Shown here: positions 22,896 to 31,132 of the stretch, piece after piece
Position numbering within the stretch: the stretch's first letter is position 1
Layout: each line of letters starts with the position of its first letter
Assembly: GCA_045596565.1 (NCBI GenBank)
Contig: JAZOCQ010000154.1
Span: 1 to 33,850, forward strand
Reading direction: 5' to 3'
Length of the DNA stretch: 33,850 bases
Origin: Acutalibacteraceae bacterium
GTDB lineage: Bacteria > Bacillota > Clostridia > Oscillospirales > Acutalibacteraceae
Program-made: the position numbers and the translations under genes
The notes under the pieces: generated by a model
The model's database searches: none
The model's input: only the letters and a program-made list of their open reading frames with translations
Told to the model about the DNA's origin: nothing

Positions 22896-24377
22896 TTATA
22901 ACGGAATATCAATATCCGGGGCTTTTTGCTCTTTTAACGGGGCAGGGGCTTCCATTTCCGCATCAAAGAAATCCGGTTGTATAAACGATATTTCCGTCAT
23001 GAAGTCACTCACAACGTCGCTTTGGCGGGACTCATCAGATGATGTGGTTTTGGACTTTTTTGCCCTAGGACGATGCACGTACCGCACATACAGGAACACC
23101 GCACCGCCGATACAAAGCAAACCGATAACCAAGAAGGTAACTGCCCAACCCACAGCATGACCGGTTAAAGCGCCCAGAACGCTCCCTTTAATTCCCATCA
23201 CGACAACCGTTCCCACGGGATACATGGTTTCAAAACGGAAGAAGCCGTCTTTCGAGATGTGTGCATACACCGGTTTGGAAACGCCGTCCGCCGTTACCAC
23301 CGATACGGCAATGGTCTGCGCACCGCGCATGGCGTGCGGCATAGGCAACTGGATAACATACTCACCTTGTGCCACGTTAGAAACGTTATAAAAAACTGCA
23401 TCCTGCGCATCGCGAATTTGCAAAGATAAATCCAAAACCATACGCTCAATATTGGCAGCGTCAGCAAGCGATAATACCGCATCCTCCGTCATAGCGGCGG
23501 CAATCTGTTCATCCGTCACCGTTGCTTGCGAAATTTTTACGGACATCGCCAACCCACCGTTTATATCTCCGAGCATCCCGGCATAACATTCAGGTGTCAG
23601 CAACAATTTAGCGGTTTGTGCAAAATCATTTTGTTCCACTTTGAAAGCATCCAAAATACCGCTGTCAAAGGAAAAATCCACCGTCAGATGGGTTTCCTCT
23701 TTACCGGTGGTGCCGGTGGCGGTATACATTGTCAGCTTTTCAGTATTCTGCGTTTTTTTGGTTGTGGTTGTTACTTTGCCGGTGTAAACAGTGGTCATAC
23801 CGGCGGTTGTGGTCTGATTGTCGGTAGTAACAGTTCCCGTTGCAGTTGTAGTGGTAGTAGTGTTGCCACCCTTCTTGCCTACTGCTGCAGCCGCAGCCTT
23901 ATACGACACGTTGCCCACCAACGTCAATTCGCTGGAGCAATAAATGTACGTGTCATCCCGCGGAAATGCATATAAAAAAACGGCATATCCCTGCGCATCG
24001 GTAGTAACAGCGGGCATTTTAGTCGAACCGATTTGCAGCGACACGGGAACACCGACGGCAGGTGCGCCGGACGTGGTCATCAACCGTGCAGCAACTTTAC
24101 CGTCTTTTTCCATAATCACCAATTTCGTTTCCGCAGAGGTTATCCCACCGGGTGCATCCGCAGTGGTACCGTCTGTATCCGGGACGGATGTCGTGGTGCT
24201 CTCCTGTTTGGTGGTCGTGTCACCCGTATCCGTCGTGGTAGTAGCGATACCAACATCAGTGGTAGTAGTGTCAGTATCGGTTGTAGTGGTTGTAACGTCC
24301 TGCGCGAACACATTGACCGAGCCAAACACCGTGCACAGCAGCATCACCGCAACACAAACGACGATATATTTTTTCAT
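22896..24377 (-). CDS. Thr-rich cell-surface protein, type I membrane topology (signal peptide, two poly-Thr linkers, C-terminal TM anchor and cytoplasmic tail)
   Basis: I prefer ATG 24377 after AGGAAGG. The signal peptide is MKKYIVVCVAVMLLCTVFGSVNVFAQ. TTTTTDTDTTTTD and GGNTTTTTTATGTVTT linkers separate folded segments. The C-terminal TM WAVTFLVIGLLCIGGAVFLYV is followed by RYVHRPRAKKSK and a ~55-aa acidic tail. Confidence 0.7.
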   Translation of the reverse strand: MKKYIVVCVAVMLLCTVFGSVNVFAQDVTTTTTDTDTTTTDVGIATTTTDTGDTTTKQESTTTSVPDTDGTTADAPGGITSAETKLVIMEKDGKVAARLMTTSGAPAVGVPVSLQIGSTKMPAVTTDAQGYAVFLYAFPRDDTYIYCSSELTLVGNVSYKAAAAAVGKKGGNTTTTTTATGTVTTDNQTTTAGMTTVYTGKVTTTTKKTQNTEKLTMYTATGTTGKEETHLTVDFSFDSGILDAFKVEQNDFAQTAKLLLTPECYAGMLGDINGGLAMSVKISQATVTDEQIAAAMTEDAVLSLADAANIERMVLDLSLQIRDAQDAVFYNVSNVAQGEYVIQLPMPHAMRGAQTIAVSVVTADGVSKPVYAHISKDGFFRFETMYPVGTVVVMGIKGSVLGALTGHAVGWAVTFLVIGLLCIGGAVFLYVRYVHRPRAKKSKTTSSDESRQSDVVSDFMTEISFIQPDFFDAEMEAPAPLKEQKAPDIDIPL

Positions 24378-24473
24378 GCGTATATGCACCTTCCTGTCGA
24401 AAAATGAAACTTTTTTATTAGAATACCACATCGCAGCAAAAAAGTAAATAATAATATTTACAAACCGAGCCTA

Positions 24474-24502
24474 TTGATTATTCCACAAAAATCTTTTATA
24501 AT
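24474..24502 (+). promoter_or_regulatory. Candidate sigma-A promoter for mnmA-trmO
   Basis: TTGATT (24474-24479), a 17-nt spacer, then TATAAT (24497-24502). Confidence 0.5.
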
Positions 24503-24540
24503 GTTGACAAACAAATTCCAATTTGCAAAGGACGGGAACT

Positions 24541-25623
24541 ATGCAAGAAAAGGTTTTAGTTGCCATGAGCGGCGGTGTGGACAGCGCCATGACGGCTGCG
24601 TTGTTATTGGATGCCGGCTGTGAAGTTTTGGGTGCCACCATGCAACTGTATTGCGGTGAAAAAGATGAAAATGTATGCGGTTCCCGCAAAGATGCGGACG
24701 ATGCGGCGGCACTTGCCGCCACGCTCGGTTTTCCGCATGAAATCCTGCAACTGAGCAGGGATTTTGACCGTGAAGTGGTGCGCCGTTTCGCAGACGGATA
24801 CCTGTGCGGTGAAACGCCCAACCCTTGCATTGAATGTAACCGTTATATGAAATTCGGCCGTCTGATTGCACTGGCAAAAGCGCGCGGTTTTGATGCGATT
24901 GCCACCGGTCATTATGCCCGCGTGGAAAAGGACAAAAAAAGTGGACGGTTTTTATTAAAAAAAGCGGTAGATGCGTCCAAAGACCAGACATATGTGCTGT
25001 ATCATCTGACACAAGACCAACTGGCACATACACGGTTTCCGTTAGGCGAATACCATAAAAGCGAAATCCGTCAAATGGCGGCGGCACGCGGATTTTCCAT
25101 GGCGAGTAAACCCGATAGCCAGGATATTTGCTTTGTTCCCGACGGCAATTATGCCGCTTTCTTAAAACGATATACACATACGACCATTCCAAACGGCAAC
25201 TATCTGGATATAAACGGCAAAACACTGGGTATCCATAAAGGGCATATTCACTACACCATCGGTCAGCGAAAAGGACTGGGTGTAGCTTTCGGACAACCTA
25301 TGTATGTCATCGACAAAAACGCGGTGAGAAACACCGTCACACTCGGTACAAAAGAGCAATTGCCTTGTACCTCTTTATTTGCAGATGATGTCAACTGGAT
25401 TGCCATTGACAACCTCAAAGCACCCATACGGGTAACGGTCAAAACACGGTATCATCAACCCGAAACGCCCGCAACGGTATCTGCTGTGCAGGGTGGCGTT
25501 TTGGTGACATTGGATACGCCGCAGGTTGCAGCACCCGGACAAGCGGTGGTATTTTACGATGGTGACACCGTCGTAGGCGGCGGTACCATTCGTCGCATTC
25601 GACAAAAGGGGTGCGACAAATGA
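24541..25623 (+). CDS. mnmA: tRNA-specific 2-thiouridylase MnmA
   Basis: I prefer ATG 24541. The PP-loop is VLVAMSGGVDSAMTA. Also present are CIECNRYMKFG, ATGHYAR and DQTYVL. The protein is 360 aa. Confidence 0.92.
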   Translation: MQEKVLVAMSGGVDSAMTAALLLDAGCEVLGATMQLYCGEKDENVCGSRKDADDAAALAATLGFPHEILQLSRDFDREVVRRFADGYLCGETPNPCIECNRYMKFGRLIALAKARGFDAIATGHYARVEKDKKSGRFLLKKAVDASKDQTYVLYHLTQDQLAHTRFPLGEYHKSEIRQMAAARGFSMASKPDSQDICFVPDGNYAAFLKRYTHTTIPNGNYLDINGKTLGIHKGHIHYTIGQRKGLGVAFGQPMYVIDKNAVRNTVTLGTKEQLPCTSLFADDVNWIAIDNLKAPIRVTVKTRYHQPETPATVSAVQGGVLVTLDTPQVAAPGQAVVFYDGDTVVGGGTIRRIRQKGCDK

Positions 25624-26279
25624 AAAAAATCGCAATTATTCACACCGATTTTCCTGAAAAATTCGGTATCCCCCGCCAAAGCGGATTGGTGGACACCGAC
25701 GGCGTGATTGAATTTTTACCGCCCTATCGGGACGTGTCAGCGGTACGCGGTTTGGAAGGTTTTTCTCATATTTGGCTATTATGGGAATTTTCCGCCAATC
25801 CGCAAGGCGATTGGTCCCCCACCGTGCGCCCGCCACGGCTGGGCGGCAACACCCGCATGGGCGTGTTTGCCACCCGCTCACCCTTTCGTCCCAATCCTAT
25901 CGGTTTATCCTGTGTGGAGTTAAAAGGCATTGATTTGAAAGGGGAAAACGCACCGCGCCTGTTGGTGAACGGTGCGGATTTGATGGACGGTACGCCGATT
26001 TACGATATCAAACCGTATCTCCCCCACGCCGATTGCAAACCGGAAGCGAGCGGCGGTTTCGCACAACCGCTCACCGATTACGCTTTAAAAGTGGAAATCC
26101 CCTCCCATCTGCAAATCGAAAAGCGGGAAACATTGATACGCATTTTAGAACAAGACCCGCGCCCTTCCTATCACGATGATACCCGCACATACGGTATGTC
26201 GTTTGACGGCTATGAAATCAAATTTTATGTTGAAAACGGCACGCTGTTTGTCACCGATGCCAAAAGAGGAAAAAACTGA
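25620..26279 (+). CDS. trmO: tRNA (N6-threonylcarbamoyladenosine(37)-N6)-methyltransferase TrmO (TsaA/YaeB family)
   Basis: ATG 25620 overlaps the mnmA stop (ATGA). FGIPRQSG, GFSHIWLLWEF and GVFATRSPFRPNPIGLS are the TsaA-like beta-barrel motifs. Confidence 0.85.
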   Translation: MKKIAIIHTDFPEKFGIPRQSGLVDTDGVIEFLPPYRDVSAVRGLEGFSHIWLLWEFSANPQGDWSPTVRPPRLGGNTRMGVFATRSPFRPNPIGLSCVELKGIDLKGENAPRLLVNGADLMDGTPIYDIKPYLPHADCKPEASGGFAQPLTDYALKVEIPSHLQIEKRETLIRILEQDPRPSYHDDTRTYGMSFDGYEIKFYVENGTLFVTDAKRGKN

Positions 26280-26395
26280 TTTTTTTGAGAAAAACTAACA
26301 CTTATATCGTCACATTCTCTGCACACAATACCATTGCAAACGCAAAACCAAACAACCGCAAGGTTGAATTTAGTGTAATAGGAGTGTAAGAAATC

Positions 26396-26584
26396 ATGGC
26401 GAAAAGTGTTGTGCCCGAGGCTCGCGAAGGTCTCGACCGTTTCAAGATGGAAGCTGCCAGCGAAGTAGGCGTTAACTTGAAACAAGGTTATAACGGCGAC
26501 TTGACCGCTCGTCAGGCCGGTTCTATCGGCGGCCAGATGGTCAAAAAAATGATTCAGTCTTATGAGCAGAACAACCTGAAATAA
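26396..26584 (+). CDS. Alpha/beta-type small acid-soluble spore protein
   Basis: The 62-aa product is MAKSVVPEAREGLDRFKMEAASEVGVNLKQGYNGDLTARQAGSIGGQMVKKMIQ. It matches both conserved SASP blocks (K.E.A.E.GV and LT.R..G..GG.MVK). Confidence 0.9.
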   Translation: MAKSVVPEAREGLDRFKMEAASEVGVNLKQGYNGDLTARQAGSIGGQMVKKMIQSYEQNNLK

Positions 26585-26600
26585 GGTTTGCTCTAAATGA

Positions 26601-26634
26601 AAACAACCGGAAGGCAGCCGCCTTCCGGTTGTTT
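26601..26634. terminator. Bidirectional rho-independent terminator
   Basis: AAACAACCGGAAGGC, loop AGCC, GCCTTCCGGTTGTTT. It lies between the convergent SASP and U32 genes. Confidence 0.85.
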
Positions 26635-28698
26635 TTATTCCACGCCTTTTTTATACATACCGCGCGTAATGGGTTGTGTAGCGGGTGCCGCACAAAGCAA
26701 CTGTCCTAACACGACGGCAACCTCTTTTGCACTCTCATCCGTAAAGTGTAAAAACTGAAAAGTGTTTACGGGCAACTGTGCGGGGTTATCCAACCAATAC
26801 AGCGGTACGCTGTTGAGCAATTCACTGCAACGATTGGTGCACATCACCGGAAAACGCACGCGTTTGCGGTCAATCAATGTTGCGTGTCCTTTACAGGTTT
26901 CGCATTTTATTCCCGCCGCATTTTCGGGACAGTTGCGGGTGAGCATCAACGGCAATCTGCCGTAAGTCAGCACACCGCACGCACAAGCGGCGGTTTGCGT
27001 AAACCGCATTTGTGCAAACGATAATTCGGGAGAAACTACCATAGCGGATACGCCGTTTTCTGCATAAAACGCCGCCGATTCGCTGTTCATCACATTCATA
27101 CCAAATCCGCCAACCACCAAAAGTCCGCTCTCTTTGGCACATTCCATACCATTGACGTTATGACATAACACAAACGCGGCACCTGCCGCGCGGGCATTTT
27201 CAAGCGCTGTCTTCACCCGCGCCGTACCCTCGAACAAACCACGCGGAATTTCCACGCCGAAATCTCCTCGATGTGTTTTTGCTATGGTTTGCAACGTATC
27301 GAGCGGCGTAAACAGCGGTAAAATAACAGTCTCATCCACCAAAGCGTCGCTATATTGCTCAGTGGTTTGCAACCGCAACAACCGCGTATACGGAAATATC
27401 ACATTTGACGGTTTCGCGAGCGCAATATCACACACCCGCCGCCCAGGCACAGCCGCGCGACAGTGTTCCAATTTTTCCAACGCTTCACGGCGCAATGCAT
27501 TGAGCTGTGAAGCAGGTAACATCACATTCTCACCCAGTGAAACAGTAGCCGTAACCGCAAACGGCGTGCCGCCTGTTTTGGTGAGTTGCGCGATTGCTTT
27601 TTCGGAAGTAGTGGCAACCGTTCGCGCTCGCTGTGCAGATTCACCGCACACCTCTACGGTGTTCCCGTCAGCATCGATGACCGTCAACACGGTAGGTTGT
27701 TCCGCATGCGCTGTCAGATGCATCTCCACCGCCACTGTTTGCGGTTCTTTTTCATATAAACTTTCCAAGCGTTTGAGCACGGTGGTGGCGGCGATATCCT
27801 CTTGCCGTCTGACACCGAACATAGCCGTACCGCGTTTGGCGGTATAGTACCCATCGGTAAAACCCGAGCGGGAGAAAACCGCTTCCAAATCCTCTTGGAG
27901 TTGTGCGGGTACCGATTTTCCTGCCGCCGACGCGCGACAAGCGGTCACAGCGGCTGCCACATATTCGGGACGTTTCATCCTGCCTTCAATTTTAAAGGAA
28001 ACCACACCCGCTTGTGCCAAAGCCGGAATATGTTCAACGATACTTTGGTCTTTCAAACTCAGCGCATAGCCGTTGGTCAAATTATCACTGCCCTGCGCAG
28101 AAAACGGCAAACGGCACGGCTGTGCACACAATCCACGGTTACCGCTTCTGCCGCCCAAAGCGGCAGATAAATAGCATTGCCCCGACACACACATGCACAA
28201 AGCACCGTGCACAAACACTTCCAACTCACAACCAAGCCCCGCGCATGCTTTGATTTCTGACAAGGACATTTCGCGGGACAATACCACCCGTGAAAACCCG
28301 TTATCCCGCAAAAAACGCACGCCGTCCGGTGTGTGACAGGATAGTTGCGTAGAAGCGTGCAACGGCATATCGGGCAACACCGCGTGCAATACCCGCGCCA
28401 GGCCCACGTCCTGCACAATCAGCGCATCCACGCCAGCCGTTTGTGCGCGTTTTGCTACTGCAATCGCTTGTTCCAGTTCATTTTCACGGACAAGTGTATT
28501 AAGGGTTAAGTGCACCTGTACCCCACGAACATGACAATAGGCGACAGCACTGTCCAGTGCGTCGCCTGCAAAATTCTCAGCGTGTTGTCGTGCATTAAAG
28601 GCATCAGTGCCTAAATAAACAGCGGCAGCACCGCACCGTACCGCCGCCTGTAAAGCGCCCGCAGATCCCGCCGGCGCCAATATTTCAACATTTCTCAT
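26635..28698 (-). CDS. Peptidase U32 family protein (long RlhA/YdcP/TrhP-like form)
   Basis: The N-terminal VEILAPAGSAGALQAAVRCGAAAVYLG...FNAR and the Cys-rich central block (GALCMCVSGQCYLS...GNRGLCAQPCR) are U32 signatures. At 687 aa it includes a C-terminal extension. Confidence 0.8.
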   Translation of the reverse strand: MRNVEILAPAGSAGALQAAVRCGAAAVYLGTDAFNARQHAENFAGDALDSAVAYCHVRGVQVHLTLNTLVRENELEQAIAVAKRAQTAGVDALIVQDVGLARVLHAVLPDMPLHASTQLSCHTPDGVRFLRDNGFSRVVLSREMSLSEIKACAGLGCELEVFVHGALCMCVSGQCYLSAALGGRSGNRGLCAQPCRLPFSAQGSDNLTNGYALSLKDQSIVEHIPALAQAGVVSFKIEGRMKRPEYVAAAVTACRASAAGKSVPAQLQEDLEAVFSRSGFTDGYYTAKRGTAMFGVRRQEDIAATTVLKRLESLYEKEPQTVAVEMHLTAHAEQPTVLTVIDADGNTVEVCGESAQRARTVATTSEKAIAQLTKTGGTPFAVTATVSLGENVMLPASQLNALRREALEKLEHCRAAVPGRRVCDIALAKPSNVIFPYTRLLRLQTTEQYSDALVDETVILPLFTPLDTLQTIAKTHRGDFGVEIPRGLFEGTARVKTALENARAAGAAFVLCHNVNGMECAKESGLLVVGGFGMNVMNSESAAFYAENGVSAMVVSPELSFAQMRFTQTAACACGVLTYGRLPLMLTRNCPENAAGIKCETCKGHATLIDRKRVRFPVMCTNRCSELLNSVPLYWLDNPAQLPVNTFQFLHFTDESAKEVAVVLGQLLCAAPATQPITRGMYKKGVE

Positions 28699-29051
28699 GC
28701 ACGGTAAGCGAGCTGCTTTTTCAGTTCGTCCACCTCAGCGCGCAAACGCGTCGCCTCACGGCGTGCGGCATCCGCTTCCTGCCGCGCATGCGCATTTTCG
28801 GAAATAAAATCGCGCATCTGATCACGCAGATTATCCGCGGAATCGTTCGCTTTTTTTGCGGCATCCGCATTCATCAAAGCGGTGAGAATAGCCGCCTGCA
28901 CCAAGGTGATGCGGTCATTGCCATTCAAAAGGTTACGCATGGTCGTATCCACCTGTGCGCCCAATTCCTGCATATAGCCACCCGGCTCGTCGCTGGAAAT
29001 GGTATATTCCGAGCCACAGATGTTCAATTTGTATTTTTGAATCTCTGCCAT
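28695..29051 (-). CDS. zapA: Cell division protein ZapA
   Basis: I prefer ATG 29051 after AAAGGGGA. KLNICGSEYTISSDEPGGYMQELGAQVDTTMRNLL...LVQAAILTALMNADA is followed by a coiled-coil tail, matching the Firmicute ZapA pattern. The stop overlaps the U32 start. Confidence 0.75.
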   Translation of the reverse strand: MAEIQKYKLNICGSEYTISSDEPGGYMQELGAQVDTTMRNLLNGNDRITLVQAAILTALMNADAAKKANDSADNLRDQMRDFISENAHARQEADAARREATRLRAEVDELKKQLAYRA

Positions 29052-29085
29052 AGTATCGTCCCCTTTTGTCGAATTGTATACATTC

Positions 29086-29114
29086 ATATTACACAATCCC
29101 CTAAAAAAAGTCAA
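29086..29114 (-). promoter_or_regulatory. Candidate sigma-A promoter for zapA-U32
   Basis: The minus strand reads TTGACT (29114-29109), a 17-nt spacer, then TAATAT (29091-29086). Confidence 0.45.
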
Positions 29115-29152
29115 GCACTGTTTGTCTGCCGTTTTACCTTTCAATTTTCCTC

Positions 29153-29181
29153 TTGCATTTTCTGCCGAAATTGCATATAAT
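29153..29181 (+). promoter_or_regulatory. Candidate sigma-A promoter for the ABC-F gene
   Basis: TTGCAT (29153-29158), a 17-nt spacer, then TATAAT (29176-29181). Confidence 0.5.
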
Positions 29182-29214
29182 GTCATTTAAGTATGTTAAT
29201 AGCGAGGTTTTAGC

Positions 29215-30816
29215 ATGATTACAGTTTCAGATGTCAGCCTTACCTTTGGCGGGCAAAACTTATTTAAACACGTAGACTTAAAATTCGTTTCCGGTAACTG
29301 CTATGGCGTTATCGGCGCTAACGGCGCGGGAAAATCCACTTTTTTGCGTATTTTATCGGGTGAATTAGAGCCCTCGACGGGTGATGTATCCATCGACCCC
29401 CGCACCCGTATGTCCGTATTAAAACAGGACCACTACGCATACGACGAGTTCACCGTTTTAGATACCATTATGCAAGGTAACCCCCGCTTGTATGAAATCA
29501 TGCAGCAAAAAGACGCTTTGTATGCCAAGCCCGATTTCTCCGACGAGGACGGCGCGCTTGCGGCAGAACTGGAAGGCGAGTTTGCAGAACTGGGCGGCTG
29601 GGAAGCCGAAACCGAAGTCGCACAATTACTCGAAGGCCTTAGCATCGGTGATGAGCACATGTATGACGTAATGTCCACCCTGCCCACCCGCGAAAAGGTG
29701 AAAATCTTGCTCGCACGTGCGTTGTTTGGCCATCCCGACATCATCCTGCTGGACGAACCGACCAACCACTTGGACATTGATTCTATTCGTTGGCTGGAAG
29801 ACTTTCTGATGGATTATGAAGGTACCGTTATCGTGGTATCCCATGACCGTCACTTCCTCAATAACGTTTGTACGCATATCGTTGACGTCGATTACACCCA
29901 AATCAAAATCTACGTCGGTAACTACGATTTCTGGTATGCATCCAGCCAATTGATGCAAAAACTGTTGCGTGAACAAAACAAAAAGCGCGAAGATAAAATC
30001 AAAGAACTGCAAAGCTTTATCGAACGTTTCTCCGCTAATAAATCCAAATCCCGTCAAGCAACCTCCCGCCGTAAGTTATTGGAAAAACTGTCGGTGGAAG
30101 AAATGCCTGCTTCCTCCCGTCGCTATCCCTACGTCGGATTCCAGATGGAACGCGAACCGGGAAAAGAAATCCTTGCTGTCGAAAACCTTTCCAAAACCAT
30201 CGACGGCGTGAAAGTGCTGGATAACATTTCGTTCCGTATCAACAAAGGCGATAAGGTCGCGTTTGTGGGTCAGGACGAAATTGCCACCACCACCCTGTTC
30301 CAAATCATCACCGGTGAAATGGAACCGGACAGCGGCAGTTATAAATGGGGCGGCACCACCACCCAATCCTATTTCCCCAAAGACAACTCCGCCTATTTTG
30401 ACGGTATTAAATTACCCATCATCCAGTGGCTCAGCCAATATGCCACCGACACCACCGAAACCTACTTGCGCGGTTTCCTCGGTAAAATGCTGTTTTCCGG
30501 CGATGATGTATTAAAGCCGGTTGAAGTTTTGTCGGGTGGCGAAAAAGTGCGTTGCATGCTGTCCCGTATGATGATGTACTCGTCCAACGTACTGATACTG
30601 GACCAACCCACCAACCATCTCGATTTGGAATCCATCACCGCCGTCAACGACGGTTTGAGCGAATTTAAAGGCGTCGTGCTGTTCTCCTCTTACGATCACC
30701 AGTTCATTCAAACGGTGGCAAATCGTATTATGGAATTGGAAGACGGCAAACTGCTGGATAAAATGATGACCTACGACGATTTTCTGGAATTCAAATCCGC
30801 CAACAAACAAAAATAA
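29215..30816 (+). CDS. ABC-F family ATPase (two NBDs, no TMD; YbiT/YkpA-like translation factor)
   Basis: There are two Walker A motifs (GANGAGKST; a degenerate GQDEIATTT in NBD2), two signature motifs (LPTREKVKILLA; LSGGEKVRCML) and two Walker B motifs (ILLLDEPTNHLD; VLILDQPTNHLD). An inter-domain linker rich in K/R/E/Q separates the NBDs. The protein is 533 aa. Confidence 0.85.
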   Translation: MITVSDVSLTFGGQNLFKHVDLKFVSGNCYGVIGANGAGKSTFLRILSGELEPSTGDVSIDPRTRMSVLKQDHYAYDEFTVLDTIMQGNPRLYEIMQQKDALYAKPDFSDEDGALAAELEGEFAELGGWEAETEVAQLLEGLSIGDEHMYDVMSTLPTREKVKILLARALFGHPDIILLDEPTNHLDIDSIRWLEDFLMDYEGTVIVVSHDRHFLNNVCTHIVDVDYTQIKIYVGNYDFWYASSQLMQKLLREQNKKREDKIKELQSFIERFSANKSKSRQATSRRKLLEKLSVEEMPASSRRYPYVGFQMEREPGKEILAVENLSKTIDGVKVLDNISFRINKGDKVAFVGQDEIATTTLFQIITGEMEPDSGSYKWGGTTTQSYFPKDNSAYFDGIKLPIIQWLSQYATDTTETYLRGFLGKMLFSGDDVLKPVEVLSGGEKVRCMLSRMMMYSSNVLILDQPTNHLDLESITAVNDGLSEFKGVVLFSSYDHQFIQTVANRIMELEDGKLLDKMMTYDDFLEFKSANKQK

Positions 30817-30819
30817 TAG

Positions 30820-31128
30820 AAAACCCGCTCGTTTCGGAGCGCTCACATAGGGAGAAATCGGTTTTTCGCCAATATTTTCTCCGCCTCATTGTTGCCAAAC
30901 CTTGTAAGACATACAGTATGACTGCGGTTTGGCAACTTCGAGAACGAAAAAAATATTTTGGCTACAAAACTGCAAAGCACCTAAAATAAAAGAATTTTTG
31001 ATGGTAGAAAAGGCAAAAAGCGACGGTAACGCTGACGCGTACCGTGGCTTTTTAACGCATTATACCGCAAAAATTCATTATTTTAGGCGAATTATCCCTA
31101 TGTGAGTGCTCCGTTCGGAGCGGGTTTT
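30820..31128. repeat. 309-bp non-coding element bounded by ~34-nt inverted repeats (MITE-like insertion or large structured RNA)
   Basis: The left arm AAAACCCGCTCGTTTCGGAGCGCTCACATAGGGA (30820-30853) pairs with the right arm TCCCTATGTGAGTGCTCCGTTCGGAGCGGGTTTT (31095-31128). The inner 12 nt are perfectly complementary. Nested internal inverted repeats occur at 30890-30936 and at 30978-31000 paired with 31068-31088. No ORF of 60 aa or more lies inside. Confidence 0.6.
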
Positions 31129-31132
31129 GTTT

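Noticed and set aside
22534-23160. A 208-aa plus-strand ORF spanning the hypothetical gene and the 3' end of the surface-protein gene.
   Set aside because: It crosses a terminator hairpin (22854-22889) and two minus-strand genes. Its composition is implausible and it has no RBS.
23060-23170. Calling the surface protein a genuine sortase substrate because of GALTG + TM + basic cluster.
   Set aside because: The pentapeptide is not LPXTG or NPQTN, and about 55 residues follow the basic cluster, unlike real sorting signals. I keep it only as a low-interest note.
31001-31105. A 34-codon ORF (MVEKAKSDGNADAYRGFLTHYTAKIHYFRRIIPM) inside the IR-bounded element.
   Set aside because: It has no RBS, it lies within the nested inverted repeats, and it ends inside the terminal repeat. 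It is most likely fortuitous.
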